Source of the DNA: Eledone cirrhosa
Lineage: Eukaryota
Assembly: GCA_964016885.1 (NCBI GenBank)
Contig: OZ024742.1
Span: 222,580,001 to 222,644,000, forward strand
Reading direction: 5' to 3'
Length of the DNA: 64,000 nt
The translations under genes were made by a program, and so were the position numbers. This document shows, in pieces, positions 10,420 to 24,871 of the stretch (positions within the stretch are counted from its first letter, which is position 1; every line of letters starts with the position of its first letter). Under the pieces are notes generated by a model that was given only the letters and a program-made list of their open reading frames with translations, searched no databases and had not been told where the DNA came from.

Positions 10420-11670
10420 GGTAAATTGGCAGAGGCGTTAGAGTGTCAATATTTGTTCCGGCTCTCTGCGCTCCAAGTTTAAATTCCGCCGAGGTTAACA
10501 TTACGTTTTATCCTTCCGGCATGGGGTCAATAAATAAAGTACCAGTCTAACAAGGATTGTGGATTGGTGAAATTGTTAAAGATGTGCAGATGGGATGCTT
10601 TGTTGTAGTATCTGATCCATTTCTGTGCATTCTGAGTTCAAATCCTGCCTCCTTCTACCAAGAGTTTCTATCATCAGATAGTATCAGCAATGGAATGACC
10701 AGTGGAAACATAGTTTTCTTGGTCCAATCTGATGATCAGCTCCTTATCATATATCAATCATCATCGGTTTTTCATTTTAAACTATATTTTTATGATTCAG
10801 ACAATTTTTTTAAAAGTCAATGTTAGAAAAAAAAAATTTTTGAAATCATACCTAATGGGAAAAAATGGTCAAACCAAACTCATTCATGAAAGTAACAAAA
10901 AATTTTTAATGTGTCTGTGCAAAAAAATGATGGCAATGATATCAGTTTCTGTTGTCATAGCTACATGTATTTTTATGAAACTCACTTGTGTTTATAATTA
11001 TCTACATGCATACACGCACACACACACACAAACACACACATGGCGAATTAGCAGAGCTGTTAAGGATGTCAGATTAAAATGCTTTACAGTAATTCTTTAT
11101 TCTGGCTGATTGCACTCTGAGTTCAAATCTCCACCAAGTTCAGCGTTGCCTTTCATCCTTCCAGGCATAGGTCAATACATAAAGTACCCAGTCCAGTAAG
11201 GGTGGATGGTGGTGGGTTGGCAGAAATGTTAAAGATATGCAGGCGTGATGTGATATGATGCTCTGCATGTTCTGAGTTCAAATACTACCTCATCCCAACA
11301 GTGGATTAAGGGAATTGTTAAAAATGTGAGGACAAGATGCTTTACAGTATCTAATCTGGGGTTCTGGTTTCAAATCCCACCTCCTCTCTTCTGCCAAGAA
11401 TTACAATCAGCAGATAGTATCAGCAATGGAGAAAGACTAATGGAAACATTATTTCCTTGATCCTATCTGATAAGCAGATCCTTTCCTTTCTTCTGCCTTG
11501 AGTTGAGACCAGCAGATAGTATTGGCAATGGAAACAATATTTCCTTGATTGAATCTGACAATTGATCCTTTCCCCCTCTTCTGCCAGGAGTTGCAACCAG
11601 CAGACTATCTGCAATAGAAAAAGACCAATGCAAACATTGCTTCCTTGGTCCAATCTAACGATCAGCTCTT
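10420..11670 (+). mobile_element. Cluster of decayed tRNA-SINE (family 1) copies and heads, plus a derived tandem repeat at ~11390-11670
   Basis: Repeated TTGGCAGAA.TGTTA..G heads, B-box GAGTTCAAATCC, and GCCTTTCATCCTT...AAAGTACCAGTC cores at ~10420-10547 and ~11041-11200. Confidence 0.65.
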
Positions 11671-12612
11671 TTCCTTTTCTTTCTTTTTTTTATCTACACA
11701 AGACATGCATGTGTGTGAAAGAGAGAGAGAATGTGTGTGTATATGTGTAAGAAAGAGAGAAAAAATATGTACAGTGTCCCTAACATATTTTTTTAAATTC
11801 AATAAATAAATGATCTAAACAAAATAATCAATCACTACAGTACATAACACAATATCACTTGAAATAAATTATCAAACTTCAGTTAAAATTTTTTTTCTTC
11901 CATGATTTTTGTACATTATCAACTTGACCTTGCGTAACTTTGTAAAGTTCTAAAACTTTATAACAAAAGGCAGTGCCCCAGCATGGTTGTAGTCTCATGA
12001 CTGAAACCCATAAAAGAATAAAACAATAAGCAAAATGAAGTGGAAGAGGAGATTTGATTCTATTTTTATGGTTAGAAAATAATTCCATATTGTGTTTCAT
12101 ATGTAAATCCTTGGTTCCATATGTAAATTCCTGATAAAATCACAGCACTGTTTATTTATAATAAATTTTACAAAATTTTCTAGATTTTATATGATCAAAT
12201 TGTAAATGATAAGTTGTAAAAGGCAGTTCTGCTTGAGTAAATTTTATAACACAAAATTCAGCTACACCTCACTTAACCAGGTCCCATTTCACTGATCTGA
12301 CAGGCTTTTAAAAAGCAAATTAGTCAGTAAACGAACTCCTTAATAAGGTTCCATTCCATTGACAAGGTTGGTCGTAAAGTGAATTATTTGGTAAACGAAC
12401 TCCAATGACCTGGTCATAAAATATATTTAGATATTGAAATGTGAGAGTCCCAAATGCAGAAAAATAACTGTAATAACAGTTGATCACTATAGATAATAGT
12501 GTAGTAATTGAGTAAATTACTCTTAGAGAGGGAAAAAGTTGACAGAGGTGCAATGTAACAACATAACAGGTGATAACCTATGAACGATAAACAATTATCA
12601 GTTTTATATTAA

Positions 12613-12720
12613 CTTTTAGCACGCAGAAGTTTTTTATGAATTGCTTCCCTTGACAATGCATTATGTATTAAGGGGAGATTACTCTATTGGTGACACAAGG
12701 CGCCTAGAGCGTGCTGAAGG
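12613..12720. mobile_element. Tiny piggyBac-like MITE
   Basis: TTAA|CTTTTAGCACGC ... GCGTGCTGAAGG|TTAA: imperfect 12-bp TIRs between TTAA duplications. Confidence 0.6.
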
Positions 12721-13677
12721 TTAATGAATTATCTGAATAAAGAAATTCATAATGGTCTAATGGAAACACTGAATTAGTAACTGTAAATTTGTTTTATTTT
12801 GCAAAACTTTTACAAACATTAAAATTATATATTTTGAAACAAAAAAAAAGGAAGGTGGAGATAAAAAACAGACAAAAATAAGAAATACAAAAAGTACTTA
12901 GCATATAAATGTGTACACAAAAAATATGGTCTTAAGTGTGAGTGGTCATTAAGTGAGGAGTAACTGGTATGTATGTGTATATATATATATATATAATATA
13001 TATATATGATCTTGAAAAGTGTTTAATGTAAGCCTTGGTTATCCCATTTTTTATCATGGCTATTTCTGATTTGAGGGAGTCCTTTCGAGCTTGTTAGATG
13101 TTATATGTAGCAGATCAAATAACCACATAGAAGCCATCTGTTAGACAAACACAGGCAAGTTCTATTGGAGTCACATACATAGAGAGGGATGGGTTCCACC
13201 AGGTTTAGATATTCAAGACATGCTTTAAAGGAATGCACATTGTAAAGCTAACCTAGGATACTAAATACCTAAATACTGGCCCTTCATACAAAACAATTGT
13301 TAGGCAAACCCAGGCAATTTAGTAAGTGCCACATCTGATCAAGTAGGTGTTTCTAGCTCTGGGAGTCCCATATTTATTGTGGCTATTCTGATTTATGCCA
13401 AACAACATGCAGCTTACACATAGGTCAACAGGTAAAACCAAAATATTTGAAACACAAAGGGGGTGTGGATTATATACAAATATATAACACAGTTAAGTTA
13501 ACTCTTTTAATAACAACTAGAAAAACAACCATTTTATAAAGTTCCTATATAAATTAAAATCCTCCAAAATAATTTTATATAAGAACCATGTGTTAAGCTA
13601 TTATTTTAATAATTAAATATGTTTATGTATTTATTTTGCTGCAAGATTCTTGGTGTGAAATTGTATGTTGAAACCAA

Positions 13678-13804
13678 TATTGTTATATTTAGGGATGGTC
13701 ATGTTGCTAGTATTGCCAATAAAAAGAAACACACTATATGGTATCTATGTGTCTTTTTTTTATTGGCAATACTGGCAACATGACCATCCCCAAATATAAC
13801 AATA
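13678..13804. repeat. Inverted repeat (~55-bp arms) nested in a family A MITE
   Basis: TATTGTTATATTTAGGGATGGTCATGTTGCTAGTATTGCCAATAAAAAGA / TTTTTTTATTGGCAATACTGGCAACATGACCATCCCCAAATATAACAATA. Confidence 0.8.
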
Positions 13805-14439
13805 AATAATTAACAATTTTAGTAAATCTATCAAAATTCTTCATTAATTAAATGAAGGGTATTTCATTAGAAATATAACCATGAAAGGGTTAATCAGAAC
13901 TGCTGAATGGAAACTAGTCTATAAAAAAAGCTTATTTTATGTAGAAGAGTTCTTGGAAGTGAAGTCTAATGATGAATAATCCTCTTAAGTATGGACAAAG
14001 CTATTATTTAACTAGAGAATTGAATAATACAGTATGACAGATGAATTAAACATGGTGTTTATTACTGATTGCTGAGAGAAAATACACGCACAAAAAGATT
14101 AGTTAAACCATTTGATACCAACCCAGCAAAAACTGGCTCTGTAAGAAAACCATCAATTTTAACGGGTTCATATTTAAATTAAAATCTTCCAACATCATTT
14201 TATATAAGACCCATATGTCAAGGTACTATCTTAGCAATGAAATAATTCATAATTTTAGTAAATCCTTCAAAATTCTTTATTAATTAATTAAAATAGTGTC
14301 TCTCATTAGAAATACAGTGTATAGTGTCAAAAAAATAAAGAAACTGTTTCATATGATATATATATATCAAGCTATAAATTTCCACAATGTGCAGAAGAGA
14401 TGATAATCTTTACCAGAACCAATTTAAGCCACTCTGAGT

Positions 14440-14700
14440 GATGAAGTATGAATGAGCTAAGAGAAAAACTGAACATAAGAAGCATCAGAAGTTGTGTGCT
14501 GGAGGGAGGATTGTGCTAACATAGACATATAATGTGTATGGAGGATGATCACTGAATGAAAAAGTGCCATGAGTTCCAAGGGGAAGGAAGCCATGGAAGT
14601 GGAAGACCAAGAAATATGTGGGAAGTGTTAGTGAAAGGTGATCTCAAGAACCTGAATCTCCCAAAGGAAAAAAACAAATGCAAAGATGCTGTACTGGAAA
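14440..14700 (+). pseudogene. Old RTE 3' ORF fragment
   Basis: Translates to NELREKLNIRSIRSCVLEGGL...GSHGSGRPRNMWEV with stops; homologous to the copy-1 C-terminus. Confidence 0.75.
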
Positions 14701-15719
14701 GTTAAATAGAACGTAAGCTGTGTTTGTTTTTAAAACATTTGATCACAAAAGGGTTAAATATTTAACTGAATACATATAGCAGTTTGCAGTGACTAGACAG
14801 AAAACCCAGTGCTAATAATAATAAATATGAACAAAAGACAAACTATACCAGGGCTCAGAACATTATATACTGTCCAAAAAAATAGTTCCGCTAAGAACAG
14901 CCCATATCCTACACAAGGATTTTTTTTTAAACACACATACAGGTACGTAACTAACATTACTAGGCACTACATATACCTAAGGCACACACAGATGTGCTTG
15001 GTAATGTAGTGACAGCAAGTAATGATAATAATATTGACTTATAAATATGTACAGCATACAGGAAATAGTACTATTAGGCATAACAGCAACAGCTGGGAGG
15101 TTTTATTTCATAGGGAAATAAACCTTACAATAGGCTTGCATCCTGTCTCTCAGTCACTTAACACCAATGAAACTGGGATAAGCTCTGACCTGATGAGCCC
15201 ACAGGTTTGAGGCAGACTTTAGCTCTTTTTATGCCAAGCTGGCCAAAAACCACCTCTGATTCTATTAAATAACACTACCCATTTTAAAGGCTCCTTTAAA
15301 ATTAAAATCTTCCATCATAATTTAATATAAACTGCAATCCTAAAAATGAAATAAAAATGTTCATAAGTCCCTTAAAATTCTTCATTAATTAATTGAAATA
15401 TGATGTATTTCATAAGAAATATGGTCACAAGAGGGTTAAACAACCTTCAAAATGTTAAATTAGAGATTGTTATAATAAAAAGTAAATGCAACTTAGTGTG
15501 TTGTCAGAAGAAAGATCTGTTAATGTGTTGGCACATTCAAAATACCAAATCAATCACTACAAATTCTATATTTTTTCCTCACCTTGTCTTGTATGATGTA
15601 TGTGTGTATGTGCCAATGTGTAAATATGTGTTTGTGTATGCATCAATGTGTGTGTTTCTGTGTATGTACCAATGTATGTCTGTATGCCAATTTGTGTGTG
15701 CCTGTGTATACCAATGTAT

Positions 15720-15930
15720 GTGTGGCTTAGTAAGGGTGTTCAGCTCACAATCATAAAGTCATGAGTTTGATTTAGGCAGCGAGTAGTGTCCTTGAACAAG
15801 ACACTTTATTTCACATTGCTCCAGTCTACTCAGCTGGCAAAAATGAATTGTACCTGTAATTCAAAAGGCCAGTCTAGTCATGTAATGTGTTGCACTGAAT
15901 CTCCCTAAGAAGTATGTAATGGGTACAGTC
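15720..15930 (+). mobile_element. CORE-like tRNA SINE (family 2), decayed; further copies on - near 20790-20930, 34050-34215, 56800-57145
   Basis: GTGGCTTAGT A-box, GAGTTTGATT B-box, then GTGTCCTTGAACAAGACACTTTATTTCACATTGCTCCAGTCTACTCAGCTG. Confidence 0.7.
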
Positions 15931-16480
15931 CATTGGTTGGAACATTGGAGTATCAGGAAATAATCAAGAATACCTTTTTTAAAAATCATATGTATTATCC
16001 ATGTATGTGTATTTAAGTCATGTAAAACCATTGTCAACTCTATGGAATTAAAGACATATCTTTTTTTTTTAATATGTTTTTTTTACTACCTTTCCTTTTA
16101 TTTTTGAAAATAATTTTTCAAATTAAATTTCTTTTTAAGTAAAAAAAACTGTGCATAAACAAATTAAATAAGATAAATACTGTATATCATCATCCTCCTC
16201 ATCATCATCATCATTATATATCTCTGTTTTTCCTTGCTGGTAAGGGTTGTCACAGATCAAATCAGTACTTAATCAGTGCTATTAACTTCTCAGATCAGCC
16301 AGGGAGAAGGGCGAACACATCTCACATACATTTCTGCACTCTACAGTATGTACCAAGTGCATTTTATTGTAGCATCAGCACTAGGGAGGCTGTCATCTCT
16401 TTGACATGACAGAAGAGTCGTCTCAATTCTTTATTTGACAAGTTTTCTATGGCTGGATGCTCTTCCTATCACTAACTACT

Positions 16481-16665
16481 TTAACCCTTTACCATTTTCA
16501 TTGCTCTATACTTACTATTATATTTTCATCATAAAGGCTTTATCTTACATAGTTATCTCACATAATATCGAATCTATGAGATTTTGATGTTATTTATGTT
16601 GAGATCAATACCTTAACATCAATATAAGCGACTAGTTACAGCCGGTTTAAATGCTAAAGGGTTAA
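16481..16665. mobile_element. piggyBac-like MITE family B
   Basis: TTAA-CCCTTTACCATTT ... AAATGCTAAAGGG-TTAA, interrupting a SINE-tail module; same family at 28159-28346 and 55394-55669. Confidence 0.75.
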
Positions 16666-17267
16666 AGGGTGTACTAGGTGCAATTTATCATATTACCAAC
16701 TCTAGAGAGGTTGTGCCATTAACACAACTGATGAACTTCTCGGCTCTTTTTTGGCATGGTTTCTACAGCTGGATGCCCTTCCTATCACAAACCACTTAAC
16801 AGTATACTGGGTGCATTTGTCATACGTCAATTTACACACACACAGAGGCATCGAGATAAAGACAGGATATTATATTTCCATACTTTACTACATGGTGTAC
16901 ATTCTGTACATTCCATATTTTGATTAGGTTTACATAGTTATGTAATCCTTGATTTATGGAAGGCATTTCGTCAGATGTATATAAACTGTTACACCAGCAT
17001 CATAACATTTCCATAGAGGACTCATAATAAAATGATTCATCCATTATGAATTATGTACTAGCTACATTGAATGCTATATGTGGCTTACATTCAGATTAAT
17101 TATTTATTCCCTATGGTACAAAATACTCTGACCTGGATTAATTTACTCATTAAACAAAGAATATATATATATATGTATACTATAAAAAGGTTAAATCCAT
17201 ACATATATAATATACATCGATTAAGTTACTCAACATAGGAAGCTCAGTATATATATATAAATGTATG

Positions 17268-17334
<67 letters not shown>

Positions 17335-18679
17335 TTGTGTGTGTGTGTATAAAGTTGAATGAAATAACAGGAAAACAAAACAGAATTGAGGATAATAGTT
17401 TATTGTTCAGGAGATGTGAAAAGATCAGTACATAATGTTTCAGGCTACATCCTTCTTCAGAAAGTAGGGGACGGAGAAAAATGCAAGCAAGCAAGAACAA
17501 AATAACAAAAACAAGAGAAAATAAAAACACGTTTGAGTTTGTTTTTAAATCATGGTGTTTATGAAAAGGAGATAAGCATAGTTATGGGAAAGGTAAGCAT
17601 GAAAACAAGAAGGTTAGTGCAAGCATACAAGCAAACACATATATATACAGCTGTGTAGATATAGATATGGGAACTTACATGCAAACTCATAGATAATTCT
17701 AGTACAAGCATACACATATTCTTGCCTCTGAATGTATATTTACGTGTGTGAATATGTATATATTTACCTACTTGTACAGTATGAGCAGGTGTGTGATTGT
17801 GTGTAAGCTTATATTAGAATGTAGCTGAACCATATTAGCAAGGCATAAAAAAAAACAGTACTATGATTACATCACATTAAAAATTAAAGTTCTTAGTCTA
17901 ATACTGTATGTTAGATCGAATACTTTACAGTATTCATTCCAGCTCTGTGCTTTGAGTTCAAATCCTAAAGTCAACTCTGCTTTTCATCCTTTCGAGATTG
18001 ATAAAAAAAATTGGCTATTTTCAAACCTGGAGAAGGGATGGGCTCTGTCAGGTTTAAAATGCCCAAGATTATATCACTGAAGCACCTCTATAACTCTATC
18101 AGGAGTTACAGGTCCATATATACACAACTAATCTAATACTGCAAATTTTCATAAAGATATGTTCACTAGTAAAGATACTATAAATATTTTATTTAACGGA
18201 TACATTTTTAATTCTTAATATCCAGTACCACATTAACAATACATTCTTGAAAAGTACAAAACAACACTATGACTACTGCATCACATTAAGAATTAAAGAC
18301 TTTAGTCCAATATGGCAAATTTTCACAAAAATCTATCCACCAGTAAAAATACTATAAACAAACCTGTTATTAGACATTACAGAATGTTAAGAGTTAAAGC
18401 TTGTTTTAAGCACTTCGATTTAAGCACTTCGATTCAAATATATTCTCATAGGCTTAATTAAAGATGTGTGTTTGTGCTTTTTTTGTGTGTGTGTGCATGT
18501 GTGCATATGTGCATGTAGCTAAGTGTGTTTGTATGTATGTATATGTGTTTCAGTTCATATATGAAGATCAAACAAAAAAAGATGAATAAAAAAAAAAACG
18601 CAGCTTCGTATGTATCTGTGCTTTAATATTTTAGAATATGTTGTTATGGTTACTGTCTGTATTTACTGTTATGGTTACT

Positions 18680-19093
18680 GACATCACCATCGTCATTATC
18701 CATTAATATTTACTTTTCTGTGTTTGCATGGGTTAGACGGGTCTTTTCCAGTACAGCCTCTCTCCTCTTTCTGCATTCCTTTGTCATCTCTTCAGTGAGG
18801 TTCAGCATTTTGAGATTGCTCTCGCCACTTCTACCCAGGTTTTCCTTTGTCTTCCTCTACTTCAACTTCCCTCCACTTGGAACTCCTGGCATTTCTTCAC
18901 CCAACAGCCATCCCCCATGTGCATCACATGTCCATATTAACACAGTCTTCTCTCTTACACACTACATCTGATTTCTCTTATACCTAGTTCCTTTCTCAGC
19001 TCATCCATTCTTCACTGTTCATGCATATTAACATCACACATCCACCGAAGCATGCTCGCCTTATTTCTCTCCAGCCTTCGCATATCTCTGCAT
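18680..19093 (-). pseudogene. Older RTE 3' fragment with a very short 3' UTR
   Basis: Minus strand reads AEICEGWRE..ASMLRWMC...GHVMHM...GRQRKTW... and ends AAGACCCGTCTAACCCATGCAAAC followed directly by a GAT-rich tail. Confidence 0.8.
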
Positions 19094-19726
19094 TATTTAT
19101 TGTATGTCTCTGTTGCCAAATGAAGTTATGGCTAAATGTTTGTAAAACAGCTTTGCATAATTTCTTTCTTTTTATTTTTTTATTTGAGGTGATATTAGCA
19201 TAACTTCTTAGTAAAGCTTACTTACATATATACATATATATATATATACATGTATGTGTCTTTTCTGTCTTTCATAAATGGAGGGGAAAATATTTTCTTT
19301 TATTTGAATATATTTTTAACTTGCTTTTTCTGCTGAATGATACAAAAATGTTAAATGTATTCCCACTTAAACTTTTAAATGACAATCAAAGATTTTTGTT
19401 TTCAATCTATCTTCCTTTTTAAATTATACAGCACTCACGATTAAAAAACATTCTAATTAGAATTTCCATTCAATCCTTGCCTTTTGATAAATGTTTAAAA
19501 TTCCATCCATTTTTGTCGCACTTTTTTAACCTACCATATACGGGCAATGTGTTCAAGACAACTCTGAAAATTGTCTTTAGTAAATATTTATATTTACACA
19601 CACTTAGTTACCATTTTTTAGTGACTAAAGTATGAAATTTAATTTAATTTAATCTTTGTAGTGAAATATGTGTATATATATATATATATGTACACACACA
19701 CACACACTGAATAATATACCATATAT

Positions 19727-19847
19727 CAGACCTGCCAACCTCTAGAAACCTAAACGGGGAGTACCATGAAAAAAGTGCCCCAAAATGGGGAGAAATGAAC
19801 CAAAATGGGGAGATCTCCCCGTCGGATGGGGAGAGTTGACAGGTCTG
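19727..19847. mobile_element. hAT-like MITE
   Basis: TIRs CAGACCTGCCAAC / GTTGACAGGTCTG, internal repeated CAAAATGGGGAGA, inserted in ATATAT context. Confidence 0.7.
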
Positions 19848-21885
19848 ATATATATTTGTGTAAAAGTATAATATTTTGAAAATATGATGTGAAAAACTAG
19901 TATGCAATTTATCTGCTGGATCTACAAAATTTTAATTCAAAATATATGGTACATTGTAAATGTTGTATGTAAAATAGAAGTGTGACATTGTGACATACAA
20001 GTGTGACTTATACAGATGTATATAGACATGTATATACCATATATAACTAAATTATGTTTGGGTACTGTTGGCCAGTTATATTTCATGTCAACACTAAACC
20101 TTAGTCTTCAAGTTCCCTTCATAATTAAATTAATCCCTATGAAATATTTGTTCTTCCACATCTTGAGGGTTCCTTTAGATTAATCTCAGGAATATTTCCT
20201 GATTACCAATACTGTTAGCTTGGTGAACATTTTAGCAATAACCACCCTCCAATCTTCTCAACGAATTGCAGTAGTTTAGACAACATGACATATATTCCTT
20301 TAAACCTTCCGATATCAAACCACCTAAACCATTCTCAGTTCTCTGATACAAAATTGTTTATTTTAAAGTGTTTATGTTTATTTAAAAACTTTCCATCACA
20401 ATTTTATGTAAGAATCTTTGTTAAGTTATGTTCCAAACATCAGCTTAATAATAAGTTAGTTGCATTACCAAATCTTTCCAAATTCTAGATTATTTTCAAA
20501 TTTATTTGAAAATCATAAGCAGTGTCTGTCATTAGAAATATGATAAATGATAGGGTTAAATAAGAGCGGTACTTTGTCATGAAGGGGTTATGGGTCACAG
20601 CATTAGAGTAAGACGTTCTACAAGAAAGAAATATTTAGATATTCCTTTCTATAAGCATATTATAGGCCCTATTTGATTATAACCCTGGAAATTCTCCTCT
20701 GTGGTGCAAGTATGGATATGATGTTTTGTTGAAGGCTACTGGTGATCCATGAACACCAGTCTTCCCTCTCCACATCACTGGTGTTTTCCAACTCATTTCT
20801 TCCAGCTGAGTAGACAGGAGCAATGTGAAATAAACTATTTTGTTCAAGGACACAACATTCTGTCTTGTCTGGGAATCAAACTTGTCACCTTACAATCATG
20901 AGCTCAACATCCTAATCACTAAACCACACACCTTCTATAAACATAACAAATTATAATAACTACAAATTGTTTAACTTCTTTTGTCTTTCTAGTAAAAAAT
21001 ATTAGGAACTTGATGGGTGTGAATTAACACTTTGTGTCAGAAAATATTCCATTTATTATCATTGACACTTGAATTATTTTAATGCAGCCACTCCCGACCA
21101 AATGACTATATTCTGTTCCATTGACCTGGTTGTAAAGTAAATTGGTCAGTAAACGAATTCCTCACTTGACAACTAGGATTTGTTCTAAAAACCTGATCAT
21201 AAAATATCTATAGATATTGTTTAATATCACCAGATGGGTGAAGGGACAAAACTACAATAACAATATCAAAAGTGGATCATTATAAAAAGAAATTGTTGAA
21301 CCTGGTTACAGATTTATTTTTATTTTATCATTTAATTCAGTCAGCAAAAACCCTTTGTTTAACGCTTTTGATACCAAATTGCCTAAAACCACCACTAGTT
21401 CTACAATATAAAAGTGTTTGTATTTATCTGAAAACATTACACAAGTGTGTAGATGTTGACAGAATAGACAGACAATGTGTAGATGTTGACAAGACAAGAC
21501 AAAACAAGACAGTATATATATAGATAGATAGAGAGACAGACACAGTATGTAGATGTTGACCAAGAATAAATTTTCAAAATATTTTTACTTGTTCTAAAGT
21601 GCATTGTAAGTAAAAATAAATCTGGGAATCTCTTCTAAAGAATTTAAAACTATTAATATAACATTTAATGTTTTCTAAATATATAGTTAACCTTTTTGAT
21701 ACCAGCCCAGCCAAAACTTGCTATGGTTCTATGAAAAAATCTTCCAACAAAATTTAATGTAAGATCTATATGTTAAGTTGATATCTTAATAATGAAATAA
21801 TTAATAATATTAGTAAATTCCTCAAAATTGATAATTAATTAATTGAAATAGAGTATATTTCATTAAGAATACAGTCGCAAAAGGC

Positions 21886-21917
<32 letters not shown>

Positions 21918-21930
21918 TCTATAAAAATGA

Positions 21931-21984
<54 letters not shown>

Positions 21985-21989
21985 CATGC

Positions 21990-22552
21990 ACACCCAGCTC
22001 CCGTAATATGGGTCCGTTAGCCAGACTTGCCTTATAAGTGTGACCACCCAGACCCAGTCCTATTCAGTAAATGTGGTTGGTGTTAGGAAAGGCATCCAAA
22101 GGCATCCAAACAGCTGTAAAAGTCCCAGCCAAAATACAGGTCTCGCTATGAACAGGGTATAACATGACCAACTGGCCAGACTTACCTCATAACGGGACCA
22201 CCCAGTTCCATGATTCTGCTACAAGCAGGGTAGGGCGCGGCCAACTGACCAGACCCCTCCTCATAACGGGACCACCAAGTTCCACACTGTAAACATGGTT
22301 GGCAGTAGGAAGGGCATCCATCAGCCATAAAAACCCAGGCTAAACATGGCCCCAATGTGAGCAAGGCATCGTGTAGCCAACAGACCAGACTGCCTTCATA
22401 ATGGGACCACCCAACTCCTAAATTACGGTTCCACTGTGAGCTGGGTATGGCACAGCCAACTGGCCAGACCCTCCTCATAATGGTGCCACCCAGTTCCACA
22501 CTGTAAGCGTGGTTGGTGTTAGGAAGGACATCCACAACTGTAAAAACCCAGC
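21990..22552 (+). repeat. Complex tandem array built from the SINE/RTE terminal module
   Basis: Three GGTTGGTGTTAGGAAGG(G/A)CATCCA units interleaved with repeated CCAACTGGCCAGAC...CATAA(C/T)GGGACCACC units. Confidence 0.7.
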
Positions 22553-22589
22553 AGTAATGCACCAGCTTCAACATTCGATAATCAGAAGG

Positions 22590-22835
22590 GAGATAGGTGT
22601 AAAAGCTATCTTCGATATTCATGCCAACCCTTACCTATGGTCATGAATCTTAGGTAATAACCGAAAGAATACAATTGCAAATACAAGCGGCCAAAATGGG
22701 GTTCCTCTGAAGGGTCTTTAGGGTAACATCACTTGATAGCGTGTGTAGCTCGGAGATCAGAGAGTCAATCTGAATTGAGAAATCACAGTTCGATTACTAT
22801 GGGCAAAAACCAACCCGGAAGGAGACCCAAGAATA
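22590..22835 (+). pseudogene. Fragment of a different (Expander-like) RTE C-terminus; a related fragment at ~42060-42215
   Basis: IFMPTLTYGHES*VITERIQLQIQAAKMGFL*RV...SSEIRE...PGRRPK; at 42100 GKRPRGRPQTRWLDNI. Confidence 0.65.
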
Positions 22836-22839
22836 GACA

Positions 22840-24850
22840 TCCATTGACAGAGAGCTCTCCAGACTCAACATCAGTAGTGCTGAGACTGGCAACATCCGCA
22901 GCATGTACAACAACATAAAGGAGGCCCTAGGTCTTGCTGTGAAAGGGACCGCCAAGTTGAGATCTCTGGCAGGGGAGAATATCACCGACCGCGAGGGACA
23001 GATGACTAGATGGGTACAGCATTATTCAGAACTTTATACTCCCACAGAACATCTGTCTCTAACACTGCACTCAGTGGTATAAGGGAACTTCCCCTCGTGG
23101 AGGAGCTAGACAAAGTACCATCTATAGAAGAGCTCAACAAAGGAAATCAACTCCCTCCCAACCGACAAAGCACCAGGTACCGACAACATTCCACCTGAAG
23201 CAATAAATACAGAAAAGCAGCCTTGCTCCAAACACTGTATTAGCTGCTCTGCCTCTGCTGGGCGGAAGATGCAGTCCCTCAGGCTAAGCGCAATGCCACG
23301 ATTGTGATATTTTACAAAAATAAAGGTGACCACAGTGACTGCAATAATTATAGAGGAATCTCACTCCTGGGCATCATTGGAAAGGTATATGCCCACATCC
23401 TCCTCAACAGGTTGCAGTTCCTCTCAGATCACATCTATCCAGAATTCAAATGTAGTTTCAGAGCAGGCAGATCACCAACCAACATGATCTTTTTCCTCCG
23501 TCAGATTCAGAAGTGCAGAGAGCAGGGCCAGCTGCTCTGCATGATGTTTATAGACCTCACCAAGTCCTTTGACCTAGTCAATAGAGAGGGCCTATTCAAA
23601 CTTCTCAAGAGGATCAGCTGCCCCCTAAAACTCCACAGCCTGGTGATCTTCCAAACTAACATGAAGGGAACAGTCCTGTATGATGGATCCTCCTTGCATC
23701 CCTTCCCATCAACAGAGAAGTTAAGCAGTGCTGTATGCTAGCACTGACGCTCTTTAGGATATTCTTCTCTCTCCTCCTGTTCTATATCTTTGACACGTCC
23801 AATGATGGTGTCTACCTGCACACCAGATCAGACAGGAAGCTCTTTAATCTATCGCAGTTGCGCTCAGAGACTAAAGTAAGGAGGGTGTTCATCAGAGAAA
23901 TGCTTTTTGCTGATGACACAGCCCTTGTGGCTCACTCTGAAGAAGCTCTCCAGAGACTGAGTGATCACTTTGCTGATGCTTGCAGAAGACCAACGTCAGT
24001 TCACAGGATATAAATATCGCTGCCTCAATCAAAATCAAAATTGATAATGTCACCCTGGAAGCTATGGACAACTTCACTGACCTGGGGTCGACAATCAAAC
24101 TTTGAACTTGACAGGTAGCTTGGCAAGTCAAACACCATTATGGCTAAACTGACTAAGAGGGTGCGGAAGAACAAGGCACTGACAGAACACATCAAGATCC
24201 GAGTCTACCAAGCCTTTATACTTATCACTTTGCTCTATGGAAGTGAAATCTGGAGCACCTACATGAGGCAAGAACGTTGGCTCAATGCCTTCCACATGTG
24301 ATGATTCAAACACATCTTCAGAGTCAGCTGGCAAGACCATATCCCACACAATGACACCATACAACGCACCAGGATTCTCAGCATGTATTCCCTACTGAGC
24401 CAGCGCTGTCTTTGTTGGATAGAACACATTCGGCATATAGAGGATGGGGGGTTGCCAAAAGATATCATGTACAGACAACTGCTCACTGGCAGCAGGTGAG
24501 TGCGTCACCCATTGCTCAGTTTCAGGGACGTATGCAACAGGGACATGAAAGCCTATAACATCCTTTCTTCCAGCTTGGAGAGATAAGCTGGAGACCGCAA
24601 TGTCTGGCGTCAGACTGTCTGCAAGGGTATCGCAGATGCAGGCAAAAAGAGGTTAACTTGCAGCAGAAAAGAGGGACCAAAAAAAATGCATTGCAGACAT
24701 ACCAACAATCTAGCATTATACATATATCTGCACCAAGTGCAACAAAGACTGTCACTCATGCATCATTCTGCACAGTCACAAGCAGATGATGCCAGAGACT
24801 AGCCATAACTCCTGGTGCATTAAACATGGTCTTCCGAGACTGAGCTGCCA
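22840..24850 (+). pseudogene. Degenerate BovB-like RTE LINE (RT, C-terminal zinc finger, 3' end), many frameshifts
   Basis: ETGNIRSMYNNIKEALG, KNKGDHSDCNNYRGISLL, FIDLTKSFDLV, EMLFADD, LLYGSEIWS, LPKDIMY, YICTKCNKDCHS. Confidence 0.9.
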
Positions 24851-24871
24851 ATAATATATTATATGTATATA

